A stretch of 64,000 bases of DNA. Origin: an uncultured delta proteobacterium. GTDB taxonomy: Bacteria; Desulfobacterota; WTBG01; CAIYCZ01; CAIRTM01. A program made the translations under genes and the position numbers. The stretch's first letter is position 1, and each line of letters opens with the position of its first letter. Shown piece after piece: positions 9,283 through 22,560 of this stretch. Location: the NCBI GenBank assembly GCA_963804955.1, contig CAWDSQ010000007.1, positions 224,001 through 288,000 on the forward strand, read 5' to 3'. The notes under the pieces were generated by a model that was not told the DNA's origin, ran no database searches, and saw only the letters and a program-made list of their open reading frames with translations.

Positions 9283-9922
9283 AGCAAAGCTCTGCTCCCC
9301 TGAAATTTTTTTTAAACTGTTTGATGATTAAAAGGATTAGATTTAATGCTTCAACATTTTGAGATACCCTATTAATATCTTTTATAACACATAGAAAAAA
9401 ATAAATCAATAAAAATTTATTATAGCACAATTTAAATAAATAATAATAAAATGACCCCATCGAGTTTAAGGCAGTGGCATATAGAGTTTTTCGAAATACA
9501 CCATATCTGATAGCCGGAAAAGATTTTAGATGAAAAAACGTTTTGCTTAAAAGTTTCCTGTCAGCATTACCGAATGGGGAGAGTATGCGAAGGAGTCTTC
9601 TGCAACTGCTCTATATGACTTTTTTTGCTTTACAAGCAGCACAGTTGAGTATCGGCTGCAACCGCCGGATGTACTATTCAATATACAGTCAGTTGATTAT
9701 CTGTTAATAAATTATAAAAAGGCTCGAAACAATGGCTCTGTGACGTTCATTGCAAATAAGGGTATAAGGGATTATAATAAAATGACGCCTGATGCTTGAT
9801 TATATTGTCAGGAGCAGGGCAACATGCAGCCATTTTGATTTTTTTAAGTAGCGCACACGACAGGATAAAACGCCGGTAAGCGAAAATGCAGGTGCAAGCA
9901 GAGCACAACAAGAGGAATGCGT

Positions 9923-10294
9923 ATGTATGAGATATCAATTCAGACGGTTTTTTCAGCGGCGCATCGGCTGCGGAATTATCAGGGCGATTGTGAAGCCCTG
10001 CATGGCCATAACTGGAAGGTTCAAGTGACCGTGCAAACCCCTGCGCTTAATGACCTTGGCCTTGCCATTGATTTTAAAATGCTGAAAAAAATCACCAATG
10101 AAACGCTGGAACGCCTGGATCATGCCTGCCTCAATGATATTGCTCCGTTTTGCGATATCAACCCTTCATCGGAAAACATCGCCCGCGTGCTTTTTGAAGG
10201 CATGCAAGCAGGCATTGCGGCTTGTGGCGTCAGCCTTGTAAAGATTTCCGTCTGGGAATCGGATAATGCCTGGGCAACCTATTCTGAAGGGTAA
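9923..10294 (+). CDS. queD: 6-carboxy-5,6,7,8-tetrahydropterin synthase
   Basis: FSAAHRL, CEALHGHNW, LDH, PSSENIA, VWES. Confidence 0.93.
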   Translation: MYEISIQTVFSAAHRLRNYQGDCEALHGHNWKVQVTVQTPALNDLGLAIDFKMLKKITNETLERLDHACLNDIAPFCDINPSSENIARVLFEGMQAGIAACGVSLVKISVWESDNAWATYSEG

Positions 10295-10301
10295 TACGGC
10301 C

Positions 10302-11072
10302 ATGTCTCTCAAGGATATACAGAGCCAGAATGACCATCGCCGTATAGAAATCGACAAGGTCGGCGTCAAGGGCATACACTATCCCATAGTCGTGCTCGAC
10401 AAAATGAACAAGGTGCAGAACACCATAGCGACGATCAACATGTATGTGAGCCTTCCCCATCACTTTAAGGGCACCCATATGAGCCGCTTCATTGAGGTCC
10501 TGAACGCCTATCGCCACGGCATCAGCACGAAGAATATCTCGGAAATACTTATAAAAATAAAGGAGAAGCTCCGGTCCGAATCGGCGCACATCGAAATTTT
10601 CTTTCCTTTTTTTATCGAGAAACAAGCACCGGTCACCGGTGCTGCAAGCCTTATGGAATATACCTGTCATCTCGTTGGATCGCACCGCGAGAAGCTCGAT
10701 CTGATCGTCGGCGTAGAGGTTCCGGTCACAACCCTGTGCCCCTGCTCACGGGAAATCAGCAATTACGGGGCTCATAATCAGCGCAGCCTTGTGCGGGTTC
10801 AGGGGCGCTTCAAGAAATTTTTCTGGATAGAGGATCTGATAGCCCTCATTGAGCAGTGCGCTGTAAATGAAATTTATCCCCTGCTCAAGCGTCCGGACGA
10901 AAAGTTCGTAACTGAAAAGGCCTATGATAACCCCATGTTTGTTGAGGATATAGTGCGTTCTGTTGCCGCCCGGCTGGAGCTTGACAGCAATGTCATCTGG
11001 TATATGATCGAGTCGGAGAATTTCGAAAGCATACATAATCACAGCGCCTATGCGCTGGTAGAAAAACGATAA
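10302..11072 (+). CDS. folE2: GTP cyclohydrolase FolE2 (type IB)
   Basis: KGTHMSRF, TTLCPCS, AHNQRS, KRPDEK, ESIHNH. Confidence 0.95.
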   Translation: MSLKDIQSQNDHRRIEIDKVGVKGIHYPIVVLDKMNKVQNTIATINMYVSLPHHFKGTHMSRFIEVLNAYRHGISTKNISEILIKIKEKLRSESAHIEIFFPFFIEKQAPVTGAASLMEYTCHLVGSHREKLDLIVGVEVPVTTLCPCSREISNYGAHNQRSLVRVQGRFKKFFWIEDLIALIEQCAVNEIYPLLKRPDEKFVTEKAYDNPMFVEDIVRSVAARLELDSNVIWYMIESENFESIHNHSAYALVEKR

Positions 11073-11198
11073 CTGCTTGTGCCATAACCGTATGCGACAG
11101 CCGTGTTGGCCCGCACCGGATAGCCGGCAGCGATTGTACTGCGGGCAGGCAGGCATGCCGTCAGCTATGCTAAAACTCATCTTCAAGGAGGATCAGTC

Positions 11199-11933
11199 AT
11201 GAGTATATTCACGAAACGATGGGCCTGTGCCTCTGCTGCACTCATTTGCATACTGCTTGCGGCGCCAGGATATGCCGAAGCGATGCGTTTTGAATATTCT
11301 GCCGGCCAGGATGGTTTCCAGTTCAAATACCGCATACCTTTTTTGGGCTTTGGCAGGGTGAATCTGGCCGACCCGGCTGACCCGCCGGAGGCTATCAACA
11401 TCCGGTTTCTTTTTGTAAAACTGGCCACCATACAGTTGTCGATTGCTTCTGTAAACCCTGATGCAAAACAGCCCAATCTCACGCTGCGCTATGATATTTC
11501 AAGCCGGTTTTCGTCTTCACCGAAATCCGGCACTATTCCGGTTTCTTTTGGAGACGGAGGCCTCAGAATAAAGTTTTTTCGCCCATGGTTTTTATGGACC
11601 AGGGGCAATGATGCAGATATACGGCTGCTGCTGACCAGAAAAAAAACAAAGGCCGTGTTTGATTTTAGTTTGCCGAAGCTTGAGGGCACATGGGTGGATG
11701 AAGCCAACAGCCAGGACAATCAAATCCAGCAGTCAATAACCAACAATGATAATGAGACCTTTGCAGATATTACCATGACGTTTACCTATCTGCCGGCTTT
11801 TGTCACGAGAGTTAATTACTCTATAACCGTAACGCCCGACCCCGCGGGCGACCCTGATAATTCATCCAGTTTTGACGGCGATCTGGTGCTGCCCAATGGC
11901 AGTTATCATGCCTGGTTTAATGCTGCACAATAA
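11199..11933 (+). CDS. Hypothetical exported protein
   Basis: 244 aa, AGGAGG RBS, signal peptide ending GYA-EA. Confidence 0.7.
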   Translation: MSIFTKRWACASAALICILLAAPGYAEAMRFEYSAGQDGFQFKYRIPFLGFGRVNLADPADPPEAINIRFLFVKLATIQLSIASVNPDAKQPNLTLRYDISSRFSSSPKSGTIPVSFGDGGLRIKFFRPWFLWTRGNDADIRLLLTRKKTKAVFDFSLPKLEGTWVDEANSQDNQIQQSITNNDNETFADITMTFTYLPAFVTRVNYSITVTPDPAGDPDNSSSFDGDLVLPNGSYHAWFNAAQ

Positions 11934-11999
11934 AATGGCTCCAGCAGGAACTGTGGGCCGCCTGACTGGTGCCTTAAAAAAACCGGCATGAGCTATTAT

Positions 12000-12079
12000 T
12001 CCCCCTTTAGCAAAGGGGGTTGGGGGGATTTGTCAGATTGCAAAAAATCCCCCTGTATCCCCCTTTTCCAAAGGGGGAT
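12000..12079. repeat. Paired palindromic repeat (TCCCCCTTT..AAAGGGGG type)
   Basis: TCCCCCTTTAGCAAAGGGGG and TCCCCCTTTTCCAAAGGGGGA in an inverted arrangement. Confidence 0.65.
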
Positions 12080-12286
12080 GAAAACAGGCATATTTTTTTG
12101 TATACATACTATTGCCCCTCTTGTTTATGGGACGCTATACTCAGATTGATGCGCACTGCGCAGCCTGCAGACTCCTTCATTTGAAATGACAATGCGGCTG
12201 CACTATTTTGAGAAATGCTCGAAGGTTATCCGGCATTTTAAAAATATCACCAGCTGTATCTTATAAAGAATTTTATCTGAAATTGC

Positions 12287-13204
12287 ATGAAACAGCTCCG
12301 CATCGGCTATCTTTCCACGCTGTATCATACCTCCCATATCCTGAAGCACCAGGGCCGCATTGATGCCGGGCTTGGCGTTGCGGCGCAGTGGCAGCTGTTT
12401 GGAACAGGGCCTGCCATGGTCGAGGCTTTTGCCCGGGGAGAGCTCGACCTTGGCTATATAGGTCTTCCGCCTGCCATGATCGGCATCAGCCGGGGGCTTC
12501 CCCTGAAGTGCATCGCCGGCGGGCATATTGAGGGTACGGTGATGGTAGGCCCTGCTGACCTGGGCACTGCCCGGGACATGCACGACAGAAACGATATTCT
12601 TGCGCGGTTTGCAGGCAAAAAGATCGGCGCGCCTGCCCGCGGCTCGATTCATGATATTATCATCCGCCACCTTTTGCACACACAGGGCGTTGCCGGCGCT
12701 TCTGTGGTCAATTATCCGTGGGCCGATCTTATGCCGCAGGCCATTGCCGATGGCGAGATTGCAGCGGCAGTGGGCACGCCGCCCCTTGCGGCAGTGGCGC
12801 AGGCCTGGTACGGCCACAGCATCATCATCCCGCCCGGGCTTGTATGGCCTTTCAATCCCAGCTACGGCATTATCGTGCATGCGGATCTGCTGAATGAGAG
12901 AGATTTTCTGGATGGCTTTATCGGGCTGCATGAGCAGGCCTGCGCCTGCATGCGCGAGCAGCCGGGCGAGGCCGCACGGATTCTATCCCAGGCAGTGAAA
13001 GTCGTCGATGCGGCCTTTGTGCAGAGAGTGCTGGCTGTTTCGCCGCATTACTGCTCGGCACTGCCCGAGCCCTATCGCGCGGCAACCATGGCATTTGTTC
13101 CGGTGCTGCGGGAACTGGGGTATATAGACCGGGAGCTTGAGGAGCGGGAGGTTTTTGATCTTTCCTTCATCGGCCGGGTGCATGCCGGGCCCCACCATTA
13201 CTGA
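12287..13204 (+). CDS. ABC transporter substrate-binding protein, NitT/TauT/SsuA-like
   Basis: LRIGYL, TGPAMVEAFARGELDLGYIGLPP, GSIHD. Confidence 0.85.
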   Translation: MKQLRIGYLSTLYHTSHILKHQGRIDAGLGVAAQWQLFGTGPAMVEAFARGELDLGYIGLPPAMIGISRGLPLKCIAGGHIEGTVMVGPADLGTARDMHDRNDILARFAGKKIGAPARGSIHDIIIRHLLHTQGVAGASVVNYPWADLMPQAIADGEIAAAVGTPPLAAVAQAWYGHSIIIPPGLVWPFNPSYGIIVHADLLNERDFLDGFIGLHEQACACMREQPGEAARILSQAVKVVDAAFVQRVLAVSPHYCSALPEPYRAATMAFVPVLRELGYIDRELEEREVFDLSFIGRVHAGPHHY

Positions 13205-13899
13205 TCATCATGCTTCTTTTTGGCCGGGCAGCCCTCAACCACGACGGTGAATTCGCCTTTTATCACAGCGCTGCCCAGTTTATCTGCAATCACGGAAAGC
13301 GATCCGTATATAAATTCTTCATGCAGTTTGGTGAGCTCCCGGGCAACAACTGCGCGCCGCTCGCCAAGCACCTCCATCATATCGGCAATGGCTGCCTGAA
13401 TTCTATAGGGGGATTCATAGAAGATGAGCGTCCGCTCTTCGCCGGCTATTTTTTTAAGCAGATTCTTGCGCTTGCCCGACTTGGGCGGCAGAAATCCTTC
13501 AAAGGCAAAACGGTGCACGGCCAGGCCCGAGGCGCTCAGTGCTGCAATGGCAGCGCAGACGCCGGGCAGGGGCACGACGGTTATCGATTCGGCAATAGCC
13601 GCGGCAACAATGCGAAATCCCGGATCTGAAATGGTGGGCGTGCCTGCTTCTGAAACAAGGGCAATATTTTTCCCCTCCTTCAGCCGGCTTACAAGCCAGC
13701 CGGTTTTTACCTGCTCATTATGCTCAAAGTAGCTGGTAAGGGGCTTCTTTATGGTATAATGATTCAAAAGGATGGAGGTTTTGCGCGTATCCTCTGCGGC
13801 AATGAGATCAACCTCGGCGAGAATGCGCAGCGCCCGCATGGTGATATCTTCGAGATTGCCGATAGGGGTTGAAACGATATAGAGTGTGCCTGTTGACAT
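13198..13899 (-). CDS. rsmI: 16S rRNA C1402 2'-O-methyltransferase
   Basis: TPIGNLEDIT, AEDTR, SEAGTPTISDPG, YESP, RELTKLHEE. Confidence 0.95.
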   Translation of the reverse strand: MSTGTLYIVSTPIGNLEDITMRALRILAEVDLIAAEDTRKTSILLNHYTIKKPLTSYFEHNEQVKTGWLVSRLKEGKNIALVSEAGTPTISDPGFRIVAAAIAESITVVPLPGVCAAIAALSASGLAVHRFAFEGFLPPKSGKRKNLLKKIAGEERTLIFYESPYRIQAAIADMMEVLGERRAVVARELTKLHEEFIYGSLSVIADKLGSAVIKGEFTVVVEGCPAKKKHDDQ

Positions 13900-13968
13900 G
13901 CCTGCGCCTTTTTTGAATGAATTGTGATGCTCACGCAAAAAGTTAAAAAAACAGTCATTGCGGACGAA

Positions 13969-14148
13969 GTAGGGGCTCAAGATTTTGAGCCCCTGCGAAA
14001 AACAGAGATGTGATGCAAGGCTCGAAAAACGGTCAATGACAGCAGGTGCTTTTTTGTCATCGCGGGGCCACAGGCCGTGGCGATCTCATGTGCCGGTGCA
14101 GGACCGGGATTGCCGCGTCAGTCGCTCCGCTCTTTCCTTGCAATGACG
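13969..14148. repeat. REP-like hairpin plus GTCAT...ATGAC palindromic element
   Basis: GTAGGGGCTCAAGATTTTGAGCCCCTGC; TGTCATCGCG...GCAATGAC. Confidence 0.55.
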
Positions 14149-14226
14149 GTCATCGCGACTTATTTATAAGAGTAGCAGTTGTTGTAGCCGCAGTTTAATG
14201 CATCAGGGAGGTGCTGTCCACAGATT

Positions 14227-15436
14227 ATGAAAAAAAAGAGAACGGCAGTCAGCTTGTCACCGCAGCTCGAGCAGCTGCTCAGCAGCAATGCGGGCCTGGA
14301 AGACGGGCTGCGCAAAAACAAAAAATTGCTGCAGGAACTGGCGGGAGCAGTGAAGGCGCTCTCGGATGCCTATGTTGAGCCGGAGCAGTGTGACTGGAAA
14401 GCGCTCTACAAGAACACAGCAGCCGTCCATGCCTACCTGCTTTATTATCTGCCGGTAAATCTGGTCAAGCTTTTTCCGCTGCTGGATGAGCTTGCCAAAG
14501 GCGGCGCTTTCGATGTCGCGCAGCGGCAGCATATGTCCGTACTTGATATCGGGTGCGGCCCCGGCACTTTCATGCTCGGTCTGCTTGAATACTGTTGCCG
14601 GGCCGGCAGGCCGGAATCTGCCGGCCCTGTATCAATTTCTCTTACCGGCATCGACCGCAGCAAAGACAACCTGGCTGCGGCAGACAGGCTCATCCGGCAG
14701 TATTGCAGCCCCGGCTGTTTGCCTCCGGGCATGACGGTCACGGCATCGTTCAGGCAGGGCTCCGTGCTCTCACCGGATTTTTTGAACAGCCCCGAACTGT
14801 ATGATCTCATTATCGCCGGCAATGTGCTTGCAGAGCTGCAGGGAGAAGCTCTTTCCTCCTGTCTGGCTGCAATCACTGAGCATCTGGCCCCGGGCGGAGC
14901 GCTCATTATTGTAGATCCCGGTACGCGCCGCGCGGCACAGCGCCTGCTTGATGTCAGGAACATGCTTCTTCAGAATACCGGGTTGCGGCTGTATGCCCCC
15001 TGCCTCTGCGCCGCGCCCTGCCCCCTGCAGGATGACCCCGGGCAGTGGTGCCATGAAAAGCTGTTCTGGCAGCCCACGGAGGCTGTTCGCCTGATCGACA
15101 GCGTGCTTGGTTTCACCAAAGAAAAAGGGATCAAGTATTCATTTCTCAGTTTTGTAAAGAAGGATGTTGACACGGCTGAGCCTGTATGCCGGCATGGCGC
15201 AGGAAAAGATCTGGCGGGTCGGCAGCTATGTGATAAAAAATAAAGGTGAGCATCGGCTGTGGGTCTGCAATGGACGGCAGCGGCTGCTGCTGCGCCGCCT
15301 TGAACGCAATTGTTCAGAGACAAACAGTGATTTTGACCAGGCTGAGCGCGGCGATATTGTTTTTGTCGACGGAACCGTTGCCCGCGCTGCATTTCATGAT
15401 ATGCCGCGGGAGGCTGTTTTTACCATCCTGCAATGA
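14227..15436 (+). CDS. Rsm22-like SAM-dependent methyltransferase (frameshift near 15180)
   Basis: AYLLYYLP, LDIGCGPGT, IVDPGT, APC...CP...WCH, KYSFL; C-terminus continues in ORF 15164-15436. Confidence 0.75.
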
Positions 15437-15471
15437 TATGCGCTGAGGGTTCTGCACGCTGTTGCGAGTTG

Positions 15472-15602
15472 GTAGGGTGCGCCGTGCGCACCGATGACGG
15501 CAGGTTATTGTGTTGCTATGCCCGCGGTGTAAAAAACCGGATAGGCGACGTGGTTTTAAATTTGATTTTTGTTTAATTATCGGTGCGCACGGCGCACCCT
15601 AC
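15472..15602. repeat. Inverted REP doublet (REPIN-like)
   Basis: GTAGGGTGCGCCGTGCGCACCGAT and its exact reverse complement ATCGGTGCGCACGGCGCACCCTAC. Confidence 0.85.
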
Positions 15603-15721
15603 GCCCTGAACACACAGAACGAATCATATTGCAGCCGACCCCGCTAAAGCGGGGCGGCTGAGCTTTAGCGGTATAATTCTTGTTTTGAAGCCGGGATGTC
15701 CAGGAAAGAAAGCAAAAAGCT

Positions 15722-17038
15722 ATGCATACATCAGTTTTTTCACGCCGCGATTTTATTAAACTGACCGGCCTTACTGCCGCGGGGCTCGCTCTTGGCTGCG
15801 CGGTCAATCCCGTCACCGGGCAGTCGCAACTGATGCTTGTGTCTGAAGGGGATGAGGTTCAGCTCGACCGCCAGAGCTCGCCGTTTCAGCTTTCGGCAGA
15901 CTATGGCATGGTGCAGGACAGCGCTCTTGCTGCCTATGTCAGCGGGGTGGGCATGCGCCTTGCAAAACTTACCCACCGGCCGCAGATGCCCTATGCCTTC
16001 CGCACGGTCAATGCCGTGTATGTCAATGCCTATGCTTTTCCCGGCGGCACAATCGCCGCCACGCGGGGCATTTTGCTGAAACTCAGGAATGAGGCGGAGC
16101 TAGCGGCCCTTTTAGGGCATGAGCTGGGGCATGTGAATGCACGGCATACGGCGCAGCAGGCCTCAAAAAGCATGATTGCGCAGGCAGTGCTGGGCAGCGT
16201 TGCCATGATTGCGGGCACAACAAGCCAGGCTCTGGGAAATATTGCTTCGCAAATGGGCATGATCGGCGCGGGGGTGCTGCTTGCTTCCTACAGCCGTGAA
16301 GCCGAAAGGCAGGCAGACAGCCTCAGCATGGACTATGCCGTGCGCGCCGGCTACAGCCCCGAGGGCTGTGTCGGGCTCATGGACATGCTGAAAGGACTTT
16401 CCAAAAGCCGCTCCGGGGCTGTTGAGCTGCTGTTTTCCACGCATCCCATGAGCGAAGACCGCTATCAGGCCATGGCAGCGGAAGCATCGCAGAAATACGC
16501 CGCAGCCCGTACAAACCCCCTGTACCGCGAGCGGTATATGGATAACACGTCCCGCCTGCGCAGCCGGCAGGCTGCCATCGAGTCGATGCAGAAGGCAGAA
16601 GAGGAGCTTGCCAAAAAACAGTACGGCCCTGCCGAGGCGCTGCTGCGCCGGGCTCTTTCGCTTGCCCCTGATGATTATGCCGGGCTTCTCATCATGGCCA
16701 AGTGCCGGTTTATGCAGGAGCGCTACGGCGAGGCGCAGCGCTACGGGCAGCAGGCAAAGCAGGCTTACCCCGGCGAGGCGCAGGGCCACCAGGTGTGCGC
16801 GTATGCCTGCATGAAACTGAAAAAATATGACCTGGCGTATCAGGATTTTTCAACCGTCGAGCGCCTGCTGCCCGGCAATCCGGATAATGCTTTCAGCAAG
16901 GGATACTGCCTTGAGCAGATGGGCCGCAAGCCTGATGCTGCCAGGGAGTACCAGCGGTATCTCCAGAAGGTGCAGGAGGGTGACAAGGCCCGGTATGCCT
17001 ACCAGCGCCTGGTGCAGTGGGGGTATGTGAATGGATAG
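15722..17038 (+). CDS. M48 family metallopeptidase with TPRs and Tat/lipoprotein signal (BepA-like)
   Basis: SRRDFIK...LALGC, NAYAFPGG, HELGH, YSREAERQAD, STHP. Confidence 0.9.
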   Translation: MHTSVFSRRDFIKLTGLTAAGLALGCAVNPVTGQSQLMLVSEGDEVQLDRQSSPFQLSADYGMVQDSALAAYVSGVGMRLAKLTHRPQMPYAFRTVNAVYVNAYAFPGGTIAATRGILLKLRNEAELAALLGHELGHVNARHTAQQASKSMIAQAVLGSVAMIAGTTSQALGNIASQMGMIGAGVLLASYSREAERQADSLSMDYAVRAGYSPEGCVGLMDMLKGLSKSRSGAVELLFSTHPMSEDRYQAMAAEASQKYAAARTNPLYRERYMDNTSRLRSRQAAIESMQKAEEELAKKQYGPAEALLRRALSLAPDDYAGLLIMAKCRFMQERYGEAQRYGQQAKQAYPGEAQGHQVCAYACMKLKKYDLAYQDFSTVERLLPGNPDNAFSKGYCLEQMGRKPDAAREYQRYLQKVQEGDKARYAYQRLVQWGYVNG

Positions 17039-17083
17039 AGTATTTTTCTTTATTTTGCAGCCGAATTCTCCATAGCTGCCATT

Positions 17084-17182
17084 CCCGTTCGTGGTGAGCC
17101 CTGAGCTTGACGAAGGGTCGAACCATGAACGGAAAGGCGGCCCTTCGATCCTTCGACAGGCTCAGGATGCAGGGCGAACGGA
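17084..17182. repeat. Intergenic palindromic repeat (CCCTTCGAC...GCTCAGG family)
   Basis: CCGTTCG..CCCTGAGC..GTCGAA / CTTCGACAGGCTCAGG..CGAACGG. Confidence 0.55.
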
Positions 17183-17258
17183 TAGGAGTTTTTTTTGAAG
17201 ATATTTTTTTTGCAGGCTACAGTATTTAGAAAAATGCTCTCGTTAAGCTGCCAGCAAG

Positions 17259-17294
17259 AAAAAAGCCCCCGCGCCATAAGGCACAGGGGCTTTT
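17259..17294 (-). terminator. groEL terminator
   Basis: AAAAAAGCCCC...GGGGCTTTT. Confidence 0.7.
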
Positions 17295-17316
17295 GCTTGT
17301 AGCGGGTGAGTTTGGA

Positions 17317-18957
<1,641 letters not shown>

Positions 18958-18991
18958 CTAGCCTCCACTATATATTAATTGTTTATTTAAA

Positions 18992-19282
18992 TTACTTCTG
19001 GATGATGCCCAGGATATCGTCTTCGCGCAGGATCAGATGCTCTTCATTTTCGATTTTGATCTCGGTGCCTGCATATTTGCCGAACAGCACGATGTCGCCT
19101 GCCTTCACCTCGGGTGCAACGCGGGTGCCCTTTTCATTCAATTTTCCGGGGCCTACGGCTATAACCTTGCCCTCCATGGGCTTTTCTTTGGCGCTGTCGG
19201 GGATGATGATGCCGCCCTTGGTCTTTTCTTCGCCTTCCAGTCTTTTAACGATGATTCGGTCCTGCAGTGGTCTGATTTTCAT
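18992..19282 (-). CDS. groS: Co-chaperonin GroES
   Basis: [24 protein letters not shown]. Confidence 0.99.
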   Translation of the reverse strand: MKIRPLQDRIIVKRLEGEEKTKGGIIIPDSAKEKPMEGKVIAVGPGKLNEKGTRVAPEVKAGDIVLFGKYAGTEIKIENEEHLILREDDILGIIQK

Positions 19283-19525
19283 ACGTTTCCTCCTTTGACT
19301 ACTGTTTAATGGTTGCCTTAAACTTGAATAAATTCAAATAGTTAGGCTTTTTAGGGTGTTTTAGTGCACCGCGCATTAGCAAATGCTTGATAATATAAGG
19401 TATATCGTAACAGAGTCAAGGCAGGGTGGTCATTTTTTTTTAAAAAATGCGTGAGAAAGCCTGCTTGACTTGAAGACAGGAAGCTCTTATGTTTATCTTA
19501 AATAACGCTTTTGAAAGGAACGGCA

Positions 19526-20374
19526 ATGGGAAATCAGCTTAAAACCGCAGTTTTGCTTGGCGTTTTGACAGCCCTCATCATCATGTTCGGCAGCTCTGTG
19601 GGCGGCCAGAACGGCATGATGATAGCATTTGTTTTTGCCCTGGGTATGAATTTTTTCAGCTATTGGTTCAGCGACAAAATCGTTCTGCGGATGTACAAAG
19701 CACAGGAAGTCTCCGAGGCAGAGTCCCCCGAGCTTTTTGCCATAGTGCACCGGCTGACGGCAGCAGCCGGTCTTCCGATGCCCAAGCTGTATATTATCCC
19801 TGATGAGTCGCCCAATGCATTTGCCACGGGCCGAAACCCTGAGCATGCGGCTGTGGCCGTCACACAGGGTATCCTGAGGCTTCTGAGCCGCGATGAGCTC
19901 GAGGGCGTGCTTGCCCATGAGCTTGCTCATGTAAAAAATCGAGACATTCTTATCGGCACTGTGGCAGCCGTGCTGGCGGGTGTTATTACCTATATAGCCC
20001 ATATGGCTCAGTGGGCTGCCATGTTCGGCGGTTTTTCGCGCGATGATGATGAGGATGGCGGCGGAAGCCTGATCGGCACCATCATTCTTGCCATTGTCGC
20101 TCCCATAGCCGCGCTGATTATTCAGATGGCGATTTCGCGCTCCCGGGAATATCTTGCGGATGAAACCGGCGCACGTTTTGCCGGCACCCCCTCGGGGCTC
20201 GCCGGAGCGCTTGAAAAGCTCGATTATGCTTCGCAGCGCGTACCGCTCAAGGCCAATCCCGCCACGGAGAATATGTTCATTGTCAAGCCCTTTACCGGCG
20301 GCGGCATCATGAACCTGTTCAGCACCCATCCGCCTATTGAGGAGCGCATTCAGCGGCTGCGGGAGTTGCGGTAA
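19526..20374 (+). CDS. htpX: Zinc metalloprotease HtpX
   Basis: [30 protein letters not shown]. Confidence 0.95.
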   Translation: MGNQLKTAVLLGVLTALIIMFGSSVGGQNGMMIAFVFALGMNFFSYWFSDKIVLRMYKAQEVSEAESPELFAIVHRLTAAAGLPMPKLYIIPDESPNAFATGRNPEHAAVAVTQGILRLLSRDELEGVLAHELAHVKNRDILIGTVAAVLAGVITYIAHMAQWAAMFGGFSRDDDEDGGGSLIGTIILAIVAPIAALIIQMAISRSREYLADETGARFAGTPSGLAGALEKLDYASQRVPLKANPATENMFIVKPFTGGGIMNLFSTHPPIEERIQRLRELR

Positions 20375-20517
20375 CGAGCTATTGCGGATTTTAAAATGAG
20401 AATCTAACGGGTGCGGTCATCGCGCTCCCTACGATCCTGAACACCGAACTTATAACTTCGAACTTAAGCACGGGAACATCCTTACAGCCCCTAGAATCTT
20501 GAACTCTATAACAGGGG

Positions 20518-20874
20518 ATGATCATGGAAAACAGAGAAACCGATCACCGCCCCTGGGGCTACTATGAAGTTCTGAAGGATGAGCCGTTCTGCAAGGTAAA
20601 GAAGATCGTCGTGTATCCCGGCAAACGCCTCAGCCTGCAGCGCCACCGGCGCCGCAGCGAGCACTGGTTTATCGTTCAGGGCCTGGCATCGGTGACGCTT
20701 GATGACGCGGTGCTGCATATTGCTGCCGGTCAGGCCGTGGATATTCCCCGCGGGGCAAAACACCGTGTTGCCAATACCGCAGCCGATGAACTGGCCTTTA
20801 TTGAAATTCAGACGGGTGATTATTTTGGTGAAGACGATATAGAACGGCTGGAAGACGATTTCGGGAGAGCCTGA
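20518..20874 (+). CDS. Cupin protein, mannose-6-phosphate isomerase type II C-terminal domain
   Basis: RPWG, LSLQRH..RSEHW, EIQTGDYFGEDDIERLEDDFGR. Confidence 0.9.
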   Translation: MIMENRETDHRPWGYYEVLKDEPFCKVKKIVVYPGKRLSLQRHRRRSEHWFIVQGLASVTLDDAVLHIAAGQAVDIPRGAKHRVANTAADELAFIEIQTGDYFGEDDIERLEDDFGRA

Positions 20875-21308
20875 GAAATTTTGATGGTTTCAAGTTAGAA
20901 AAATCTTTACGTGTTCGAATTCCGAAGATGGATGCTTTTATATTTTCCCCGCGGATTACCTCAAATACTCCATTACGCAATTTCCCGGTTTAAACGTATC
21001 CGTTGGGGATCAAAAATGCGAACAGTCCTCAGACCTCCTGATATGCACGCAGCAATCTGTGCAGGTGGGGTATCCTAGCGGAAACATGCAGATAGTCTGC
21101 GCAAACACAGCATAGAAGCCTGGCTGTTTGCCGCTCATCCCCGGTCTTTCATGCCGTAACGAACATAACAGTGTGGCTTTCAACATGCGTCCTTTCAAAT
21201 CAATGGTTGTTTGCACGCACATTTTTCAAAAAATATTATTTATACCTCTTGCATAATTTCATTTAAAGCAGTATATCTGAAAAAAACCTTTAAGAAGTTT
21301 GCCGAATT

Positions 21309-22436
21309 ATGAAAAAGAAAATAATTATTGTTGTTATTGGATTGGCTGTACTGATCGGCATTATTGCCGGCATCAAAGGCCTTCAGATCGGCAAGATGAT
21401 GGGCCAGAAGCGGCCCGTACTTGTTGAGACCGTTACCGCAGCCGTAGTAGAGCACTCAGAATTGGGAATCAACACTTTCATCGGTCGGATCGCTGGTCGC
21501 GGTGCAGGGAGTAACAGTATCCGCGGAAATGGCGGGGAAGGTGGCCAGTATTGCTTTTGAGCCCGGCTCCAGCGGTGCAGGCGGGCGATTTGCTCGTGCA
21601 GCAGGATGTAGCAGCCGAGACCGCGCAGCTGCGCTCGGCGGAAGCAAGCCTTGCCCTTGCCAAAGTAAATTTCGAGCGCGCCACAAAACTGCTGCAGCAG
21701 AAAACCTATTCCCGGTCAGAGTATGACAGCGCAGATGCCCAGTTCAAGCAGGCCGCGGCACAGGCTGATAACTTAAAGGCTGTCATTGCAAAAAAAACCA
21801 TCCGGGCGCCGTTTGCCGGCGTACTCGGGATACGGCTGATAAATCTCGGGCAGATGCTCAGTGCCGGAGACGCCATCGTTTCGCTGCAGGCCCTTGATCC
21901 GGTATTTGTAAATTTTTCCCTTCCCCAGCAGCAGTTCTCAAAAATAAAAACCGGCCTGACCGTGCGCATCAAGACCGATGCGCTGCCGGGGCGGGTTCTC
22001 GATGGAACCATTACGGCTCTTAATCCGCAGGTTGAAGCTGCAACGCGCAATATCATGGTGCAGGGCAACGATAAAAAACTCCGAACTGCTGCTGCGGCCC
22101 GGCATGTTCGTAACCGTAACCCTGGTGCTGCCGGAGCAGCAGCCGGTGCTTGCCATACCCGCAACCGGGGTTTTAAACGCGCCCTACAGCGATTCGGTTT
22201 TTATTGTGGAAAAGGCCCCTGATAACAGCACCGCTGCAGGCGGCATGGTGGTTCGCCAGCAGTTTGTGCGGCTCGGCGAGCGGCAGGGCGATTTTGTAGC
22301 GGTACATGCCGGGCTGAAACAGGGCGACATGATTGTCAGCACCGGAGTGTTTAAGCTCCGCAACGGCCAGGCTGTTGCTGTTGATAATACGCTGGCACCC
22401 AAATTCGAACTTGCGCCCACACCCAAGGACAGATGA
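21309..22436 (+). CDS. RND efflux periplasmic adaptor (several frameshifts)
   Basis: N-terminal anchor; IRAPFAGVLG, LRPGMFV, GLKQGDMIV spread over successive frames. Confidence 0.85.
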
Positions 22437-22560
22437 AGTCAGAATCCAGAATCCAGGAGTCGGAACCCGGAAGAAAAGACTAAGTATCCGGAAGTTGGAG
22501 CAATAAAAATTTTTTATTTATTCTGAATTCTGCCTACGGACTTCCTTTAATGGTTATAGA

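Noticed and set aside
9300..9916. preQ1 riboswitch or sRNA in the AT-rich gap before queD
   Set aside because: No preQ1 hairpin plus A-rich tail pattern that I can support
19355..19390. CIRCE element upstream of groES
   Set aside because: Only fragments (TTAGCA, TAGTGC); spacing and symmetry do not fit
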